In this document: piece by piece, positions 9,309 through 17,975 of the stretch | Numbering within the stretch: the first letter of the stretch is position 1 | Layout of the letters: the number at the start of each line of letters is the position of its first letter | UHGV virus genome: UHGV-1359874 | DNA: 64,000 nt | Strand: one strand, 5' to 3' | Origin: a virus | Notes under the pieces: generated by a model | Database searches by the model: none | What the model saw: only the letters and a program-made list of their open reading frames with translations | What the model was told of the DNA's origin: nothing | Made by a program: the position numbers and the translations under genes

Positions 9309-11120
9309 ATGCAGAATATTATTAAGAGAGATGGCACAACTCAGCCATTTAATAAATTTAAAATTGTAGATGCGGTATTAGCCGCATTCAAGGCTGTAGA
9401 TGGAGACATTTCAGAATATGCTGAAGTTAAGGCGGGTAATATCGCTGATTTCATTGAAGAAAAGGCCGAAAAGAAACAGCTTACTATTGAAGAAATTCAG
9501 GATTATGTCGAACGTGGTCTTTCCAGCACTAAACGGAAGGATGTAGCTAAAGCATTCATTCTTTATAGAGAAAAGCGTAATCAAGCAAGAGGAAATGTAA
9601 TTGATGATGCAGTTATGGAATTGCTTGATGGTACGAATGAATATTGGAAAACTGAAAATTCTAATAAAGATGCGGATGTTGTAACTGTCCAACGTGATTA
9701 TCTAGCTGGTATTATTAGTACAGATATTAGCCGTCGCAAGATTCTTACATCCGACATTTGTGAAGCACATGATGCTGGTATTATTCATGAACATGACATG
9801 GACTATCTCGCACAAAATGCTCTTTCAAACTGTTGTCTTATTAATGCAGAAGATATGTTGCAGAATGGCACTGTTATTAATGGTATCCGCATTGACCCTC
9901 AACATCGTTTATCTACAGCTACTACTGTATTGACCCAGATTATCACTGCAGTAGCCAGCTCACAGTACGGTGGTTGTACCATTTCTCTGACTCATCTAGC
10001 TCCCTATGTGCGAATGAGTTATAAAGATTATATTAGAAAATATATTGATTGGGGATTCGATACTGAGAAGGCAAAAGAATTCGCTAAGAAGGATTTAGCC
10101 AAGGAAATTCGTGATTCGGTTCAAACTTTTAATTATCAGATTAATTCTATGAGCACAACTAACGGTCAGGCCCCTTTCCTCTCCGTTTGTATGTATCTAG
10201 GTGAAACGGATGAATATAAACCAGAACTAGCTATGCTTATCGAAGAATTCCTTCGTCAACGTATTCTTGGTATGAAGAATGAAAAGGGAGTATATATTAC
10301 ACCCGCTTTTCCGAAATTACTTTATGTACTTGAAGAAGACAATATTCATGCGGATAGCAAGTATTTTTACTTAACAGAACTTGCCGCAGAATGTACAGCA
10401 AAACGTCTTGTTCCTGATTATATTTCAGAAAAAGTTATGAAGCAAAACAAGATTAATCCTACTACTGGCAAAGGTGAAGCTTATCCATGTATGGGATGTA
10501 GATCTTTCTTAACTCCAGACCGCACCACTAAGAATTATGCCCGCGCATTAAATTATAAAGAGGGTCAGGGGAAATATTATGGTCGCTTTAATATGGGTGT
10601 TACTACAATTAATCTTCCTGATATTGCATTTTCTTCAAAAGGTGATTTTGAACTGTTTTGGAAACTTTTTGATGAGCGTACTGAACTTTGTCATAAAGGT
10701 TTAAAAGTTCGTATCAAGAGACTTGAAAATGTAACTTCTGATGTCGCACCTATTCTTTGGCAGGATGGAGCATTTGCTAGACTTAATAAACATGAATCTA
10801 TTAAAGAACTGCTTCATCATGGATATGCAACTGCTTCTCTTGGTTATGCTGGACTTTATGAATGCGTAAAGTATATGACTGGTCATTCTCATTCAGATGG
10901 CGGCGTAGGCGAACTCTTTGGCTTAGAGGTAATGCAAGCACTTAATGATAAATGTAATGAATGGAAACGGCAAGAAGATATTGATTATTCTCTTTACGGC
11001 TCTCCTATCGAGTCAACTACTTACAAATTTGCTAAATGTTTAAAGAAGCGATTTGGTGATGATATTTTTATTAAACTTGACGGTTTTGATAGAAATTATA
11101 TAACTAATAGCTACCATTAA
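9309..11120 (+). CDS. nrdD: anaerobic ribonucleoside-triphosphate reductase NrdD, exon 1 (ATP-cone plus catalytic barrel; C-terminal glycyl-radical domain missing)
   Basis: N-terminal ATP-cone 'IIKRDGTTQPFNKFKI'. Length and composition fit class III RNR. The ORF stops before the Zn-ribbon and glycyl-radical region, which is found 1.1 kb downstream. Confidence 0.8.
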   Translation: MQNIIKRDGTTQPFNKFKIVDAVLAAFKAVDGDISEYAEVKAGNIADFIEEKAEKKQLTIEEIQDYVERGLSSTKRKDVAKAFILYREKRNQARGNVIDDAVMELLDGTNEYWKTENSNKDADVVTVQRDYLAGIISTDISRRKILTSDICEAHDAGIIHEHDMDYLAQNALSNCCLINAEDMLQNGTVINGIRIDPQHRLSTATTVLTQIITAVASSQYGGCTISLTHLAPYVRMSYKDYIRKYIDWGFDTEKAKEFAKKDLAKEIRDSVQTFNYQINSMSTTNGQAPFLSVCMYLGETDEYKPELAMLIEEFLRQRILGMKNEKGVYITPAFPKLLYVLEEDNIHADSKYFYLTELAAECTAKRLVPDYISEKVMKQNKINPTTGKGEAYPCMGCRSFLTPDRTTKNYARALNYKEGQGKYYGRFNMGVTTINLPDIAFSSKGDFELFWKLFDERTELCHKGLKVRIKRLENVTSDVAPILWQDGAFARLNKHESIKELLHHGYATASLGYAGLYECVKYMTGHSHSDGGVGELFGLEVMQALNDKCNEWKRQEDIDYSLYGSPIESTTYKFAKCLKKRFGDDIFIKLDGFDRNYITNSYH

Positions 11121-12235
11121 TTGGATAGTGGCTTAATATAGTGATATATTAAGAAAACCTTGTGAACTCTTTTAGAGGTGTCAGATTAAAAATCTGGCTA
11201 ACGGTTCAGAAGTAAGAAATTACAATATGAGTAAGGGAACCTAAGTCTTTAATAAAATAAAGATATGGTAATACCGTGCTAAGTTTGTTTTGTTCAATAA
11301 TAAAAAAATAAAGAAAGGAGGAAAAAAATGGGTAGACCGCCTAAATATATCATTAATATTGGAAATATTTATGATGATTATAAATGTATAGACATCATTC
11401 AAGAAACAACTGGTCAAAAAAGAAAAAAATATATTATGAAATGTCAAAAATGCGAAAAAGTAAAATCTATGTTAGGTTCAACAGTTGGATTGCATAAAGG
11501 AACAAAACATAAAAGCTGTGGAAAAGGATTAGGAATTACTTATGATGAATATTTTTATAAACGTTGGAAATCAATGAGAGCTAGAACTTCTCCAAATTTT
11601 TGGAATAGAGAAAATTATTATGATAGAGGTATTAACAGTGATGCTTTTGAAAGTTTCATAGATTTCTATAACGCAATGTATGAATCATGGAAAGCTCATG
11701 TAGCCATCTATGGAGAGCATGATACTTCTTTAGAACGTATAGATGTTGACAAGCCTTATACACCAGAAAATTGTTGTTGGATATGTCTTGATGAACAAAG
11801 AGGAAATTTACAAAAGACAAATTATTTTACAGTTGAAAATATTGAAACTGGAGAAATAGAGTATTGTAAAAATGCTTTACAATATACTTATGACCATCCA
11901 GAAATTCCTCATAGATACATATATGATTTATTGAAGTATAACAGAACTTATAAAGGTAAAAAATTTACTAAAATAACTAAGCAAGATTTTGAAAAATATA
12001 AAAAATCTCTAATTATTGAACAAACTTAAAAGTGTAACGACTATCGAAAGCCCATTATAGAAGAAAAATCTATAACTGGAAGTGAGTAGAGTAGTTCATT
12101 ATTGAACGAAGTGCAAGGATTCTATAATTCGGTAACAGAATAATAGAATATGAGATAGTCTATTCCCTCTTAAATATCAAGAAATTGAGGGTATAAAAGA
12201 TTCCTGTTTTTGAGAAAATTGATGCGTTCTCTAAG
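11121..12235 (+). mobile_element. putative group I intron interrupting nrdD, carrying an HNH homing-endonuclease ORF (boundaries approximate)
   Basis: A 1.1-kb non-coding and ORF-containing gap lies between two NrdD fragments. An R/P7-like element 'GTAACGACTATCG' sits at ~12034, just after the HEG stop. This is analogous to the T4 nrdD (sunY) intron. Confidence 0.65.
11328..12029 (+). CDS. intron-encoded HNH homing endonuclease
   Basis: HNH_3-type motif 'LERIDVDKPYTPENCCWICLDEQRGN'. Strong RBS aaaggagg. Located inside the nrdD gap. Confidence 0.7.
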   Translation: MGRPPKYIINIGNIYDDYKCIDIIQETTGQKRKKYIMKCQKCEKVKSMLGSTVGLHKGTKHKSCGKGLGITYDEYFYKRWKSMRARTSPNFWNRENYYDRGINSDAFESFIDFYNAMYESWKAHVAIYGEHDTSLERIDVDKPYTPENCCWICLDEQRGNLQKTNYFTVENIETGEIEYCKNALQYTYDHPEIPHRYIYDLLKYNRTYKGKKFTKITKQDFEKYKKSLIIEQT

Positions 12236-12586
12236 TTGGCTATTGAAGCTAAATTCCAGACCCTTTCTCCAGGGGGCGCAATTAGTTACATTGAGACGCC
12301 AAATATGCAGGGAAATATTCCAGCAGTATTATCTGTAATTCAGTTCATTTACGACAATATTATGTATGCTGAATTAAATACCAAGAGTGATTATTGCCAA
12401 GAGTGCGGTTATGATGGAGAAATCCTCATTGATGAGAATATGGAATGGTATTGTCCTAATTGTGGCAATCGTGACCATTCAACTCTTAATGTTGCACGAC
12501 GCACCTGCGGCTACATAGGGTCTAACTTCTGGAATTATGGCCGCACCCAAGAGATAAAAGATAGAGTGGTACATCTTGATGACTAA
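12197..12586 (+). CDS. nrdD: NrdD exon 2 (Zn-ribbon plus glycyl-radical domain); the 5' boundary lies somewhere in 12197..12240
   Basis: 'CQECGY...CPNCGN' Zn-ribbon and 'RRTCGYIGSNFWN' glycyl-radical motif (RxCGY). The ORF-track start is a TTG, consistent with no independent start. Confidence 0.8.
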   Translation, partial: KIPVFEKIDAFSKLAIEAKFQTLSPGGAISYIETPNMQGNIPAVLSVIQFIYDNIMYAELNTKSDYCQECGYDGEILIDENMEWYCPNCGNRDHSTLNVARRTCGYIGSNFWNYGRTQEIKDRVVHLDD

Positions 12587-13076
12587 TACCAAATATGCTA
12601 AGATTAAATTTAATGATATAGTTGATGGTGAAGGAATCTGTGTAAGTTTTTGGACTCAGGGTTGTCCATTTAGATGCCCTGGCTGTCACAACCCAGATAC
12701 TTGGGATTTTAATGGCGGCATCGAGATCCCCTCAGACATTAAAGGTCAGATCATCAAAGCTCTAAGTGCGAATGGTGTACAGCGAAATTTCAGCGTTCTT
12801 GGTGGTGAACCGTTATGCGAGGAAAATCTCGACTTGGTTCATTCATTGATTATGGCGGTGCGGATTGCTTATCCAGAAATTAAAATTTTTGTATGGTCTG
12901 GATTCATCATTGAAACTCTGAAAAAACGAGCAGAAACAAATGAAAAATTGGCTGATATATTAAAAAATATTGATGTTCTGATAGATGGACCATTTATTCA
13001 AGAGGAAAGAAATATAACTTTGAAATTACGCGGTTCCAACAATCAGCGTATATTATATCGAGGTCAAGATTTCTAA
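12576..13076 (+). CDS. nrdG: anaerobic RNR activating protein NrdG (radical SAM)
   Basis: 'GCPFRCPGCHN' CxxxCxxC-type cluster motif. Size of 166 aa. Overlaps the nrdD stop by 11 nt. Confidence 0.85.
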   Translation: MMTNTKYAKIKFNDIVDGEGICVSFWTQGCPFRCPGCHNPDTWDFNGGIEIPSDIKGQIIKALSANGVQRNFSVLGGEPLCEENLDLVHSLIMAVRIAYPEIKIFVWSGFIIETLKKRAETNEKLADILKNIDVLIDGPFIQEERNITLKLRGSNNQRILYRGQDF

Positions 13077-13083
13077 TGACCTA

Positions 13084-13126
13084 GAAATGCGGCGGTTTCA
13101 ATGAGGTCGCCGCATTTCTTTTTTGA
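13084..13126 (+). terminator. rho-independent terminator after nrdG
   Basis: GC-rich hairpin gaaatgcggcg...cgccgcatttc followed by a T-run. Confidence 0.7.
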
Positions 13127-13151
13127 TTTTTATGCAGTTTTATGATATAAT
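13113..13151 (+). promoter_or_regulatory. promoter TTGATT-N17-TGaTATAAT
   Basis: Same architecture as the promoters at 1627 and 4893. About 30 nt upstream of the RBS aaaggag of ORF 13181. Confidence 0.45.
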
Positions 13152-13180
13152 ATATAAAAGAGATAAAAGGAGTTTACATT

Positions 13181-13585
13181 ATGGCCGAAATGAATGCAGG
13201 CAATCTTTATGATGTAAATAAGGAGCTTGTTAAGAAAAATGATAAGCCGCTAAAAGGAAAAGCTTTACTTAATAAAGTTAATGAAGTAGTTACACCTTAT
13301 ATTGATGAAAATATCAAAAATGATTGTAACTATATGATGCTATTGTGTAATGAGCTAAGAGATTATACAGTTTTTAATTTTAGTGTTTCACCTGATATGA
13401 TTCCCATTAAGATTAATAACTTTAATAATTCTTTTAAGTCTTGTTTGCTTAACCGCGGAATTATTTATAGCATTGAAAAGACTAAGGATGATATTGCTCT
13501 TGAAATCTGGCTTTTATGCGATTCAGATGGTGAGATGCACTGTTATTACCTATTTCCTTATGATGCAGCAGTCATTGAACTGTAA
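13181..13585 (+). CDS. hypothetical protein (134 aa)
   Basis: ORF with an RBS. No motifs recognised. Confidence 0.4.
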   Translation: MAEMNAGNLYDVNKELVKKNDKPLKGKALLNKVNEVVTPYIDENIKNDCNYMMLLCNELRDYTVFNFSVSPDMIPIKINNFNNSFKSCLLNRGIIYSIEKTKDDIALEIWLLCDSDGEMHCYYLFPYDAAVIEL

Positions 13586-13599
13586 AGGTGTGAATTAAA

Positions 13600-13863
13600 A
13601 TGAATAAGAAAATTATTGCTATTCTTCATCCTTTTGAGTATAAGCATTTTATTTATGTTTATCAGGATGGAAATAAAATTGATATGACAAAAGTTCTAAT
13701 TGATGATGTTCCGGATAATATCATTACTTTTGCTGAAAAATATAAGATTAATAAAATTGAGTTGTCTGGCCCTAAGCAATATGCAAAAGGTATCCAGAAG
13801 AAGATTCAAGAATATGAAATCACTAAATATGGTAAATCTAGACTTGATATTGAGTTGATTTAA
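13600..13863 (+). CDS. hypothetical protein (87 aa)
   Basis: ORF with RBS aaaggtg. Confidence 0.35.
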   Translation: MNKKIIAILHPFEYKHFIYVYQDGNKIDMTKVLIDDVPDNIITFAEKYKINKIELSGPKQYAKGIQKKIQEYEITKYGKSRLDIELI

Positions 13864-13886
13864 GATAAAAGGAGATAAAAGGAATT

Positions 13887-14147
13887 ATGAGTAAGCATCT
13901 TATTAAGGTTGAAGAAACTTGGCGTGCAGATTCTGAGGCGGAAGCTGCTCAGTTAATTAATGAAGCTAAGTCTGATGGCAGTTTTGAACTGGCTAAGTAT
14001 TCTTCTACACGCAGAACTATCAAGCAGAAGGGCGAGATTGTTGAAGAGTATATGCGAGTCTCTCTCCTGAAGGTTTTCGATGAAGAAAAGGAACCAGTGA
14101 ATGACGTTAAGGTTTCCTATGAGGTTACTGATTCTTTTTTAAAGTGA
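13887..14147 (+). CDS. hypothetical protein (86 aa)
   Basis: ORF with RBS aaaggag. Confidence 0.35.
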   Translation: MSKHLIKVEETWRADSEAEAAQLINEAKSDGSFELAKYSSTRRTIKQKGEIVEEYMRVSLLKVFDEEKEPVNDVKVSYEVTDSFLK

Positions 14148-14158
14148 GGTAAAATTTA

Positions 14159-14395
14159 ATGTTTATTAAAATTAAGTATTTTGATGAATCAATGCCTAAA
14201 CTTGAATTTATCGAAGGTAAGAAATCTGATTGGATTGATTTGCGGGCAGCTGAGGAACTCTTTATTCCTGCTAATACTTTTGCAATGATTCATCTGGGAG
14301 TAGCCATGAAGCTACCTGAAGGTTATGAAGCTCATATTGCACCTCGTTCCTCAACTTTCAAGAAATGGGGAATCATTCAGGTTAACTCTGTCGGT
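14159..14395 (+). CDS. dut: dUTPase exon 1 (motifs I-II and the start of motif III)
   Basis: 'WIDLRAAEE' (motif I-like), 'IAPRSSTFKKWGI' (motif II), ends '...QVNSVG' in the middle of motif III (G|VIDxDY). Confidence 0.75.
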
Positions 14396-15764
14396 AAATA
14401 AAAATTCCTAAAAAAGTTTGGTCGAAGTTCTTTCACCGGCGTAAGATAAAATTCATATAATAATGAAAAATAAAAGAAAAAGGAGTTTTGTCTTATAGCT
14501 ACTAAAACTATTAATTTTGGAACGGATGAATTTTTTATTTCTAAATATAAAGAATTAAAAAGTTCAAGAAAAATGGGAGAATTTTTTGACTGTAATAAAA
14601 CTTCTGTTTTAAATCATTGTAAAAAAATTGGATTTGATCCAAAAAGTCTTCAATCTCCTAAGTTAACAGAAAAACAAAAACAAGAAATTATTTCTTTATA
14701 TGAAGAAAAAACAGCTTCAGAATTAGCTAAAGTATATAATGTTTCAGATAGTTTAATCTCAAAAGTTTGGATGGAGGCTGGCAAAAGAGGAAAAAAACGA
14801 GTAGGTTGGTGCCATGATTTAACAGGACAAACTTTTGGCTATTTAACTGTTATTGAAAAAACAGATAAAAGAGGTCCAAGTGGCGGAGTTATTTGGAAAT
14901 GCTCTTGTAATTGTGGATTACCTTCTTGTTTAAAAGAAAAAGATATTCTTGGAGCTACTTTATTAGAAGGAAAAACGATTTCTTGCGGAGCAGTAGGAAA
15001 AAAGAATTTAGAAAAAGGAAGAGAAGTAAAAAATTTAATTGGTCAAAAATTTGGTCATTTAACAGTGATAAAAAGAGCTGAAAATAAAATTTTCCCTTCT
15101 GGATATTCTGCTTCTCAATGGTTATGTAAATGTGACTGCGGCAATGAAACAATTATTCTTGGAAGCAACTTAATTTCAGGGAATAGCCAATCTTGCATTT
15201 ATTGCAAAAAATCTCATGGAGAAAATAAAATTGAAGAACTTTTAAAAGAAAATAAACTTTCTTTTACTAGAGAACAAAGATTTGATACTTGTAAAAATAT
15301 TAGACCTTTACCTTTTGACTTTTATGTAAATAATCAATATTTAATAGAATTTGATGGTAAGCAGCATTTTGAAGCAACAGGTGAAAGATTTAATGAAGAA
15401 GTTGTACAAGATATTCAAAAAAGAGATAGCATAAAGAATGAATGGTGTAAAAAAAATAATATTCCACTAATTCGTATTCCTTATTCTCATTATAATGATT
15501 TAAAAATTGAAGATTTATTACTTGAAACTACAACTTTCTTAGTCAATAATGCCGACATAAAATCGCGGAATTAAGCGGGAAAGCTGAGATGCTAATCCGA
15601 ACCGAAGGCTAGGTTCAGCCTAGTCAGGGGCAACGCATAGGGAGTGAAAAGATATAATCTCCCCACGAGGCCGCGATACTTAAAAAGTAAAAAGATATGC
15701 TGAACTTATACAAATAAGAAGTATAAGAATTATAGGATAAAAAGCCTATAAGATAACATAAATG
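14396..15764 (+). mobile_element. putative group I intron in dut carrying a DUF559/Vsr-like homing-endonuclease ORF
   Basis: A 1.37-kb insert splits dUTPase motif III. The 5' splice site follows a U (ggt|) and the insert ends in G (..aatg|gtt). The 3' part (15575-15700) is a GC-rich structured segment containing 'GCGGGAAAGC' (P-element-like) and 'GGTTCAGCCTAGTCAGG'. Confidence 0.6.
14573..15574 (+). CDS. intron-encoded homing-endonuclease-like protein (Cys-rich tandem modules plus Vsr/DUF559-like nuclease); paralog of 3407..4375
   Basis: Repeats 'LTGQTFGYLTVI...WKCSCNCG' and 'LIGQKFGHLTVI...WLCKCDCGNE...SGNSQSC'. C-terminus 'PFDFYV...IEFDGKQHF...IPLIRIPY'. Confidence 0.6.
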   Translation: MGEFFDCNKTSVLNHCKKIGFDPKSLQSPKLTEKQKQEIISLYEEKTASELAKVYNVSDSLISKVWMEAGKRGKKRVGWCHDLTGQTFGYLTVIEKTDKRGPSGGVIWKCSCNCGLPSCLKEKDILGATLLEGKTISCGAVGKKNLEKGREVKNLIGQKFGHLTVIKRAENKIFPSGYSASQWLCKCDCGNETIILGSNLISGNSQSCIYCKKSHGENKIEELLKENKLSFTREQRFDTCKNIRPLPFDFYVNNQYLIEFDGKQHFEATGERFNEEVVQDIQKRDSIKNEWCKKNNIPLIRIPYSHYNDLKIEDLLLETTTFLVNNADIKSRN

Positions 15765-15962
15765 GTTATTGATGAGTCCTATGCGGGAGATGGGGACGAG
15801 TGGATGATGCCTGTATATGCAATCCGTGACACCAATATCCACAAGGGTGATCGCGTATGTCAGTTCCGTATCATGGAAAAGCAGCCCGCTGTACAGTTTG
15901 TTGAAGTTAAGCATCTTGAAGATGAAAATCGCGGTGGATTTGGTTCTACTGGCTCTAACTAA
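15765..15962 (+). CDS. dut: dUTPase exon 2 (motifs III-V)
   Basis: '[13 protein letters not shown]' (motif III continuation), 'KGDRVCQF' (motif IV), '[10 protein letters not shown]' (motif V). Confidence 0.75.
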   Translation, partial: VIDESYAGDGDEWMMPVYAIRDTNIHKGDRVCQFRIMEKQPAVQFVEVKHLEDENRGGFGSTGSN

Positions 15963-15972
15963 AAAATAATTT

Positions 15973-16016
15973 GGAGCAATCTTTAATTAGATTGCTCCAT
16001 TTTTCTTGTTTTTTAC
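15973..16016 (+). terminator. rho-independent terminator after dut
   Basis: Hairpin ggagcaatc-tttaattag-attgctcc followed by a T-run. Confidence 0.65.
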
Positions 16017-16052
16017 TAAAATTTATGATATACTGAACTCAAGAAAAGAGGA

Positions 16053-16604
16053 ATGTATATGCGTAATATTCTGGCAATAGATGCAAGTACAAAATGTACT
16101 GGTATAGCTGTATATCAAGATAATAAACTAGTTCATTACTGTTGCATCACTTCTTCCAGTACTGATACTTTAAAACGTATTAAAATAATGGTTGAAGGTA
16201 TTGTTAAAATTTATCAAGAGTATAAAATCAATGAAGTTATTATGGAAGATGTTTTACCAGAAGATGTAAAACATTCTCAAAAAACTTTTAATGCTTTACA
16301 CTATTTACAAGCGGCAGTTGCTTTAAAATTACACGATTTTAAACAAAAGCTACAATTAGTTAATGTAAATACGTGGCGGCGTGCGTGTGGAATTCCGACT
16401 GGTCGCAATGTTATACGAGAGTCCGCAAAAAAGTTGGATATGCAGTTCGTTGCAGATCATTTTGGCATTACAGCAAATGATGATATATGTGATGCAATCT
16501 GTATTGGCTGGGCATATATCAATGTTGGTTTTAAAGAAGAAACAAAAGTAGAAAAGAAGAAGAAGTCTACAACACTAGATATTCCTGAAGAATCTGCTTT
16601 TTAA
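16053..16604 (+). CDS. RuvC-like Holliday-junction resolvase
   Basis: N-terminal 'ILAIDASTKCTGIAVY' matches the RuvC/YqgF catalytic Asp motif (hhGIDxGxxxxGhAh). Confidence 0.65.
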   Translation: MYMRNILAIDASTKCTGIAVYQDNKLVHYCCITSSSTDTLKRIKIMVEGIVKIYQEYKINEVIMEDVLPEDVKHSQKTFNALHYLQAAVALKLHDFKQKLQLVNVNTWRRACGIPTGRNVIRESAKKLDMQFVADHFGITANDDICDAICIGWAYINVGFKEETKVEKKKKSTTLDIPEESAF

Positions 16605-16619
16605 AACAAAAAAATAAAG

Positions 16620-16650
16620 GGAACGATTTTTACATCGTTCCCTCGATTTT
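16620..16650. terminator. bidirectional terminator at the convergence of plus- and minus-strand gene blocks
   Basis: Hairpin gggaacgat-ttttac-atcgttccc flanked by an A-run and a T-run. Confidence 0.6.
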
Positions 16651-16947
16651 CTTAAATATTTTATTGGTTATTTCAATTATTTCATAACCATAAGTAGCAA
16701 CTAAATCTGCAAGTATTTCTTCTTGATCTATATTCAACTGCACATTATAGCTATACATTGCGGCGTGGGTTATTTCATGACAGAGAACTCGCCAGCGCAT
16801 TTCTGCATTGAGCATATCATTGACATAGATCGAACTAGTTTTGTTATTGCAAGACCCGAGAGTTGTTACGCCATCGGGCCTCCGCAGTTCAGGGTGATTA
16901 GGCGAAACAAAATAAATATGCCACCACCGCCCATTTATATTAAACAT
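16630..16947 (-). CDS. putative Zn-metallopeptidase-like protein (HExxH)
   Basis: 'LCHEITHAAMY' HExxH motif. Size of 105 aa. Family uncertain (ImmA/IrrE, SprT or DUF955-like). Confidence 0.4.
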   Translation of the reverse strand: MFNINGRWWHIYFVSPNHPELRRPDGVTTLGSCNNKTSSIYVNDMLNAEMRWRVLCHEITHAAMYSYNVQLNIDQEEILADLVATYGYEIIEITNKIFKKIEGTM

Positions 16948-16949
16948 AA

Positions 16950-17507
16950 TTAATTAATTTTTGTAGATAGAGTTGCTATTTTTTGTTTAAGAACTTGTTT
17001 TTCTTCTGGTGTTGCTTCACGAATCATATCCATAATATCTTCTGTCAATTCTTGCATATATGTTTCAAGCTCTTTCATGGTTTTGCTTGAATCGTGATGT
17101 AATTCATGAGATTCCATATACATCTTTCTAGACATTGGACTCTTGCCTTCGCGAGGATCCCGCTGCATCATGTCAGGAGTTAATTCTCTTTCTCGATAGC
17201 GGCCGCGATTATCTTTATCATAACCGTAGTCATCATACATCCAATCTTCTAGGTCAGTATCACGTCCACGGCGTATCCGCTTTTTATCATATGGGCGATA
17301 ATACTTTGTATTCTCTTCATTTTCTTCCATCGCTTTAACAATAGAAGAATAATACATTGCTTCATATAAATCTTTAATCATATCAACAGCTTCACCCAGT
17401 TCATGAGTATTAGCTTTTGAAGGATTAGCAAGTTCACATTGAACTAAGTTTTCTAAGCAATCTTTCATTTCACAAAGTTTTTTCATTTTACGCCACCCTT
17501 TCAACAA
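16950..17507 (-). CDS. hypothetical acidic protein (185 aa)
   Basis: ORF. Charged and low-complexity. Confidence 0.35.
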   Translation of the reverse strand: MLKGWRKMKKLCEMKDCLENLVQCELANPSKANTHELGEAVDMIKDLYEAMYYSSIVKAMEENEENTKYYRPYDKKRIRRGRDTDLEDWMYDDYGYDKDNRGRYRERELTPDMMQRDPREGKSPMSRKMYMESHELHHDSSKTMKELETYMQELTEDIMDMIREATPEEKQVLKQKIATLSTKIN

Positions 17508-17928
17508 TCAAGTTTGCATTTTGCACATTGATTGCTACTGTATTGATATTGCGGATTCCAATAGTAGAGCAGCAACAAGCGGGTATATCTAAATAAATAC
17601 TTGAACTTACGTTAAAGTATTCATTAACTGCTGCAGGAGTAACTGTCATAGTTGTAGAAGTTACTGGTTCTCCATCAACAGTAAGAGCTAAAGAAATAGG
17701 ACCTGCAGTTCCACCAGTTGGCACAGCAATATTTCCACCAAAATAAACGCGAAAACGCGCTCTGCACTGAGTAGAGGTTAAACCGCGTAATTTAACTTGA
17801 CCAGAACCCTGTGTATGAATAATTGAACAATTTCCAGGTACACGGACTGTATTAAAAACAACGTTGCTATTGGCATTAACAACTTGTACAACATCATTAA
17901 TAATTTCCATAAAGTCTCCTCTTTTCAT
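17488..17928 (-). CDS. hypothetical protein, Cys-containing beta-rich (146 aa)
   Basis: ORF. 'CCCSTIG' Cys cluster. Could be a structural or fiber-tip-like domain. Confidence 0.35.
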   Translation of the reverse strand: MKRGDFMEIINDVVQVVNANSNVVFNTVRVPGNCSIIHTQGSGQVKLRGLTSTQCRARFRVYFGGNIAVPTGGTAGPISLALTVDGEPVTSTTMTVTPAAVNEYFNVSSSIYLDIPACCCSTIGIRNINTVAINVQNANLIVERVA

Positions 17929-17975
17929 ATCAGGAGTCTAGCCCCTATATTTCAAGGGGCTAGGCTTAGAATTGA

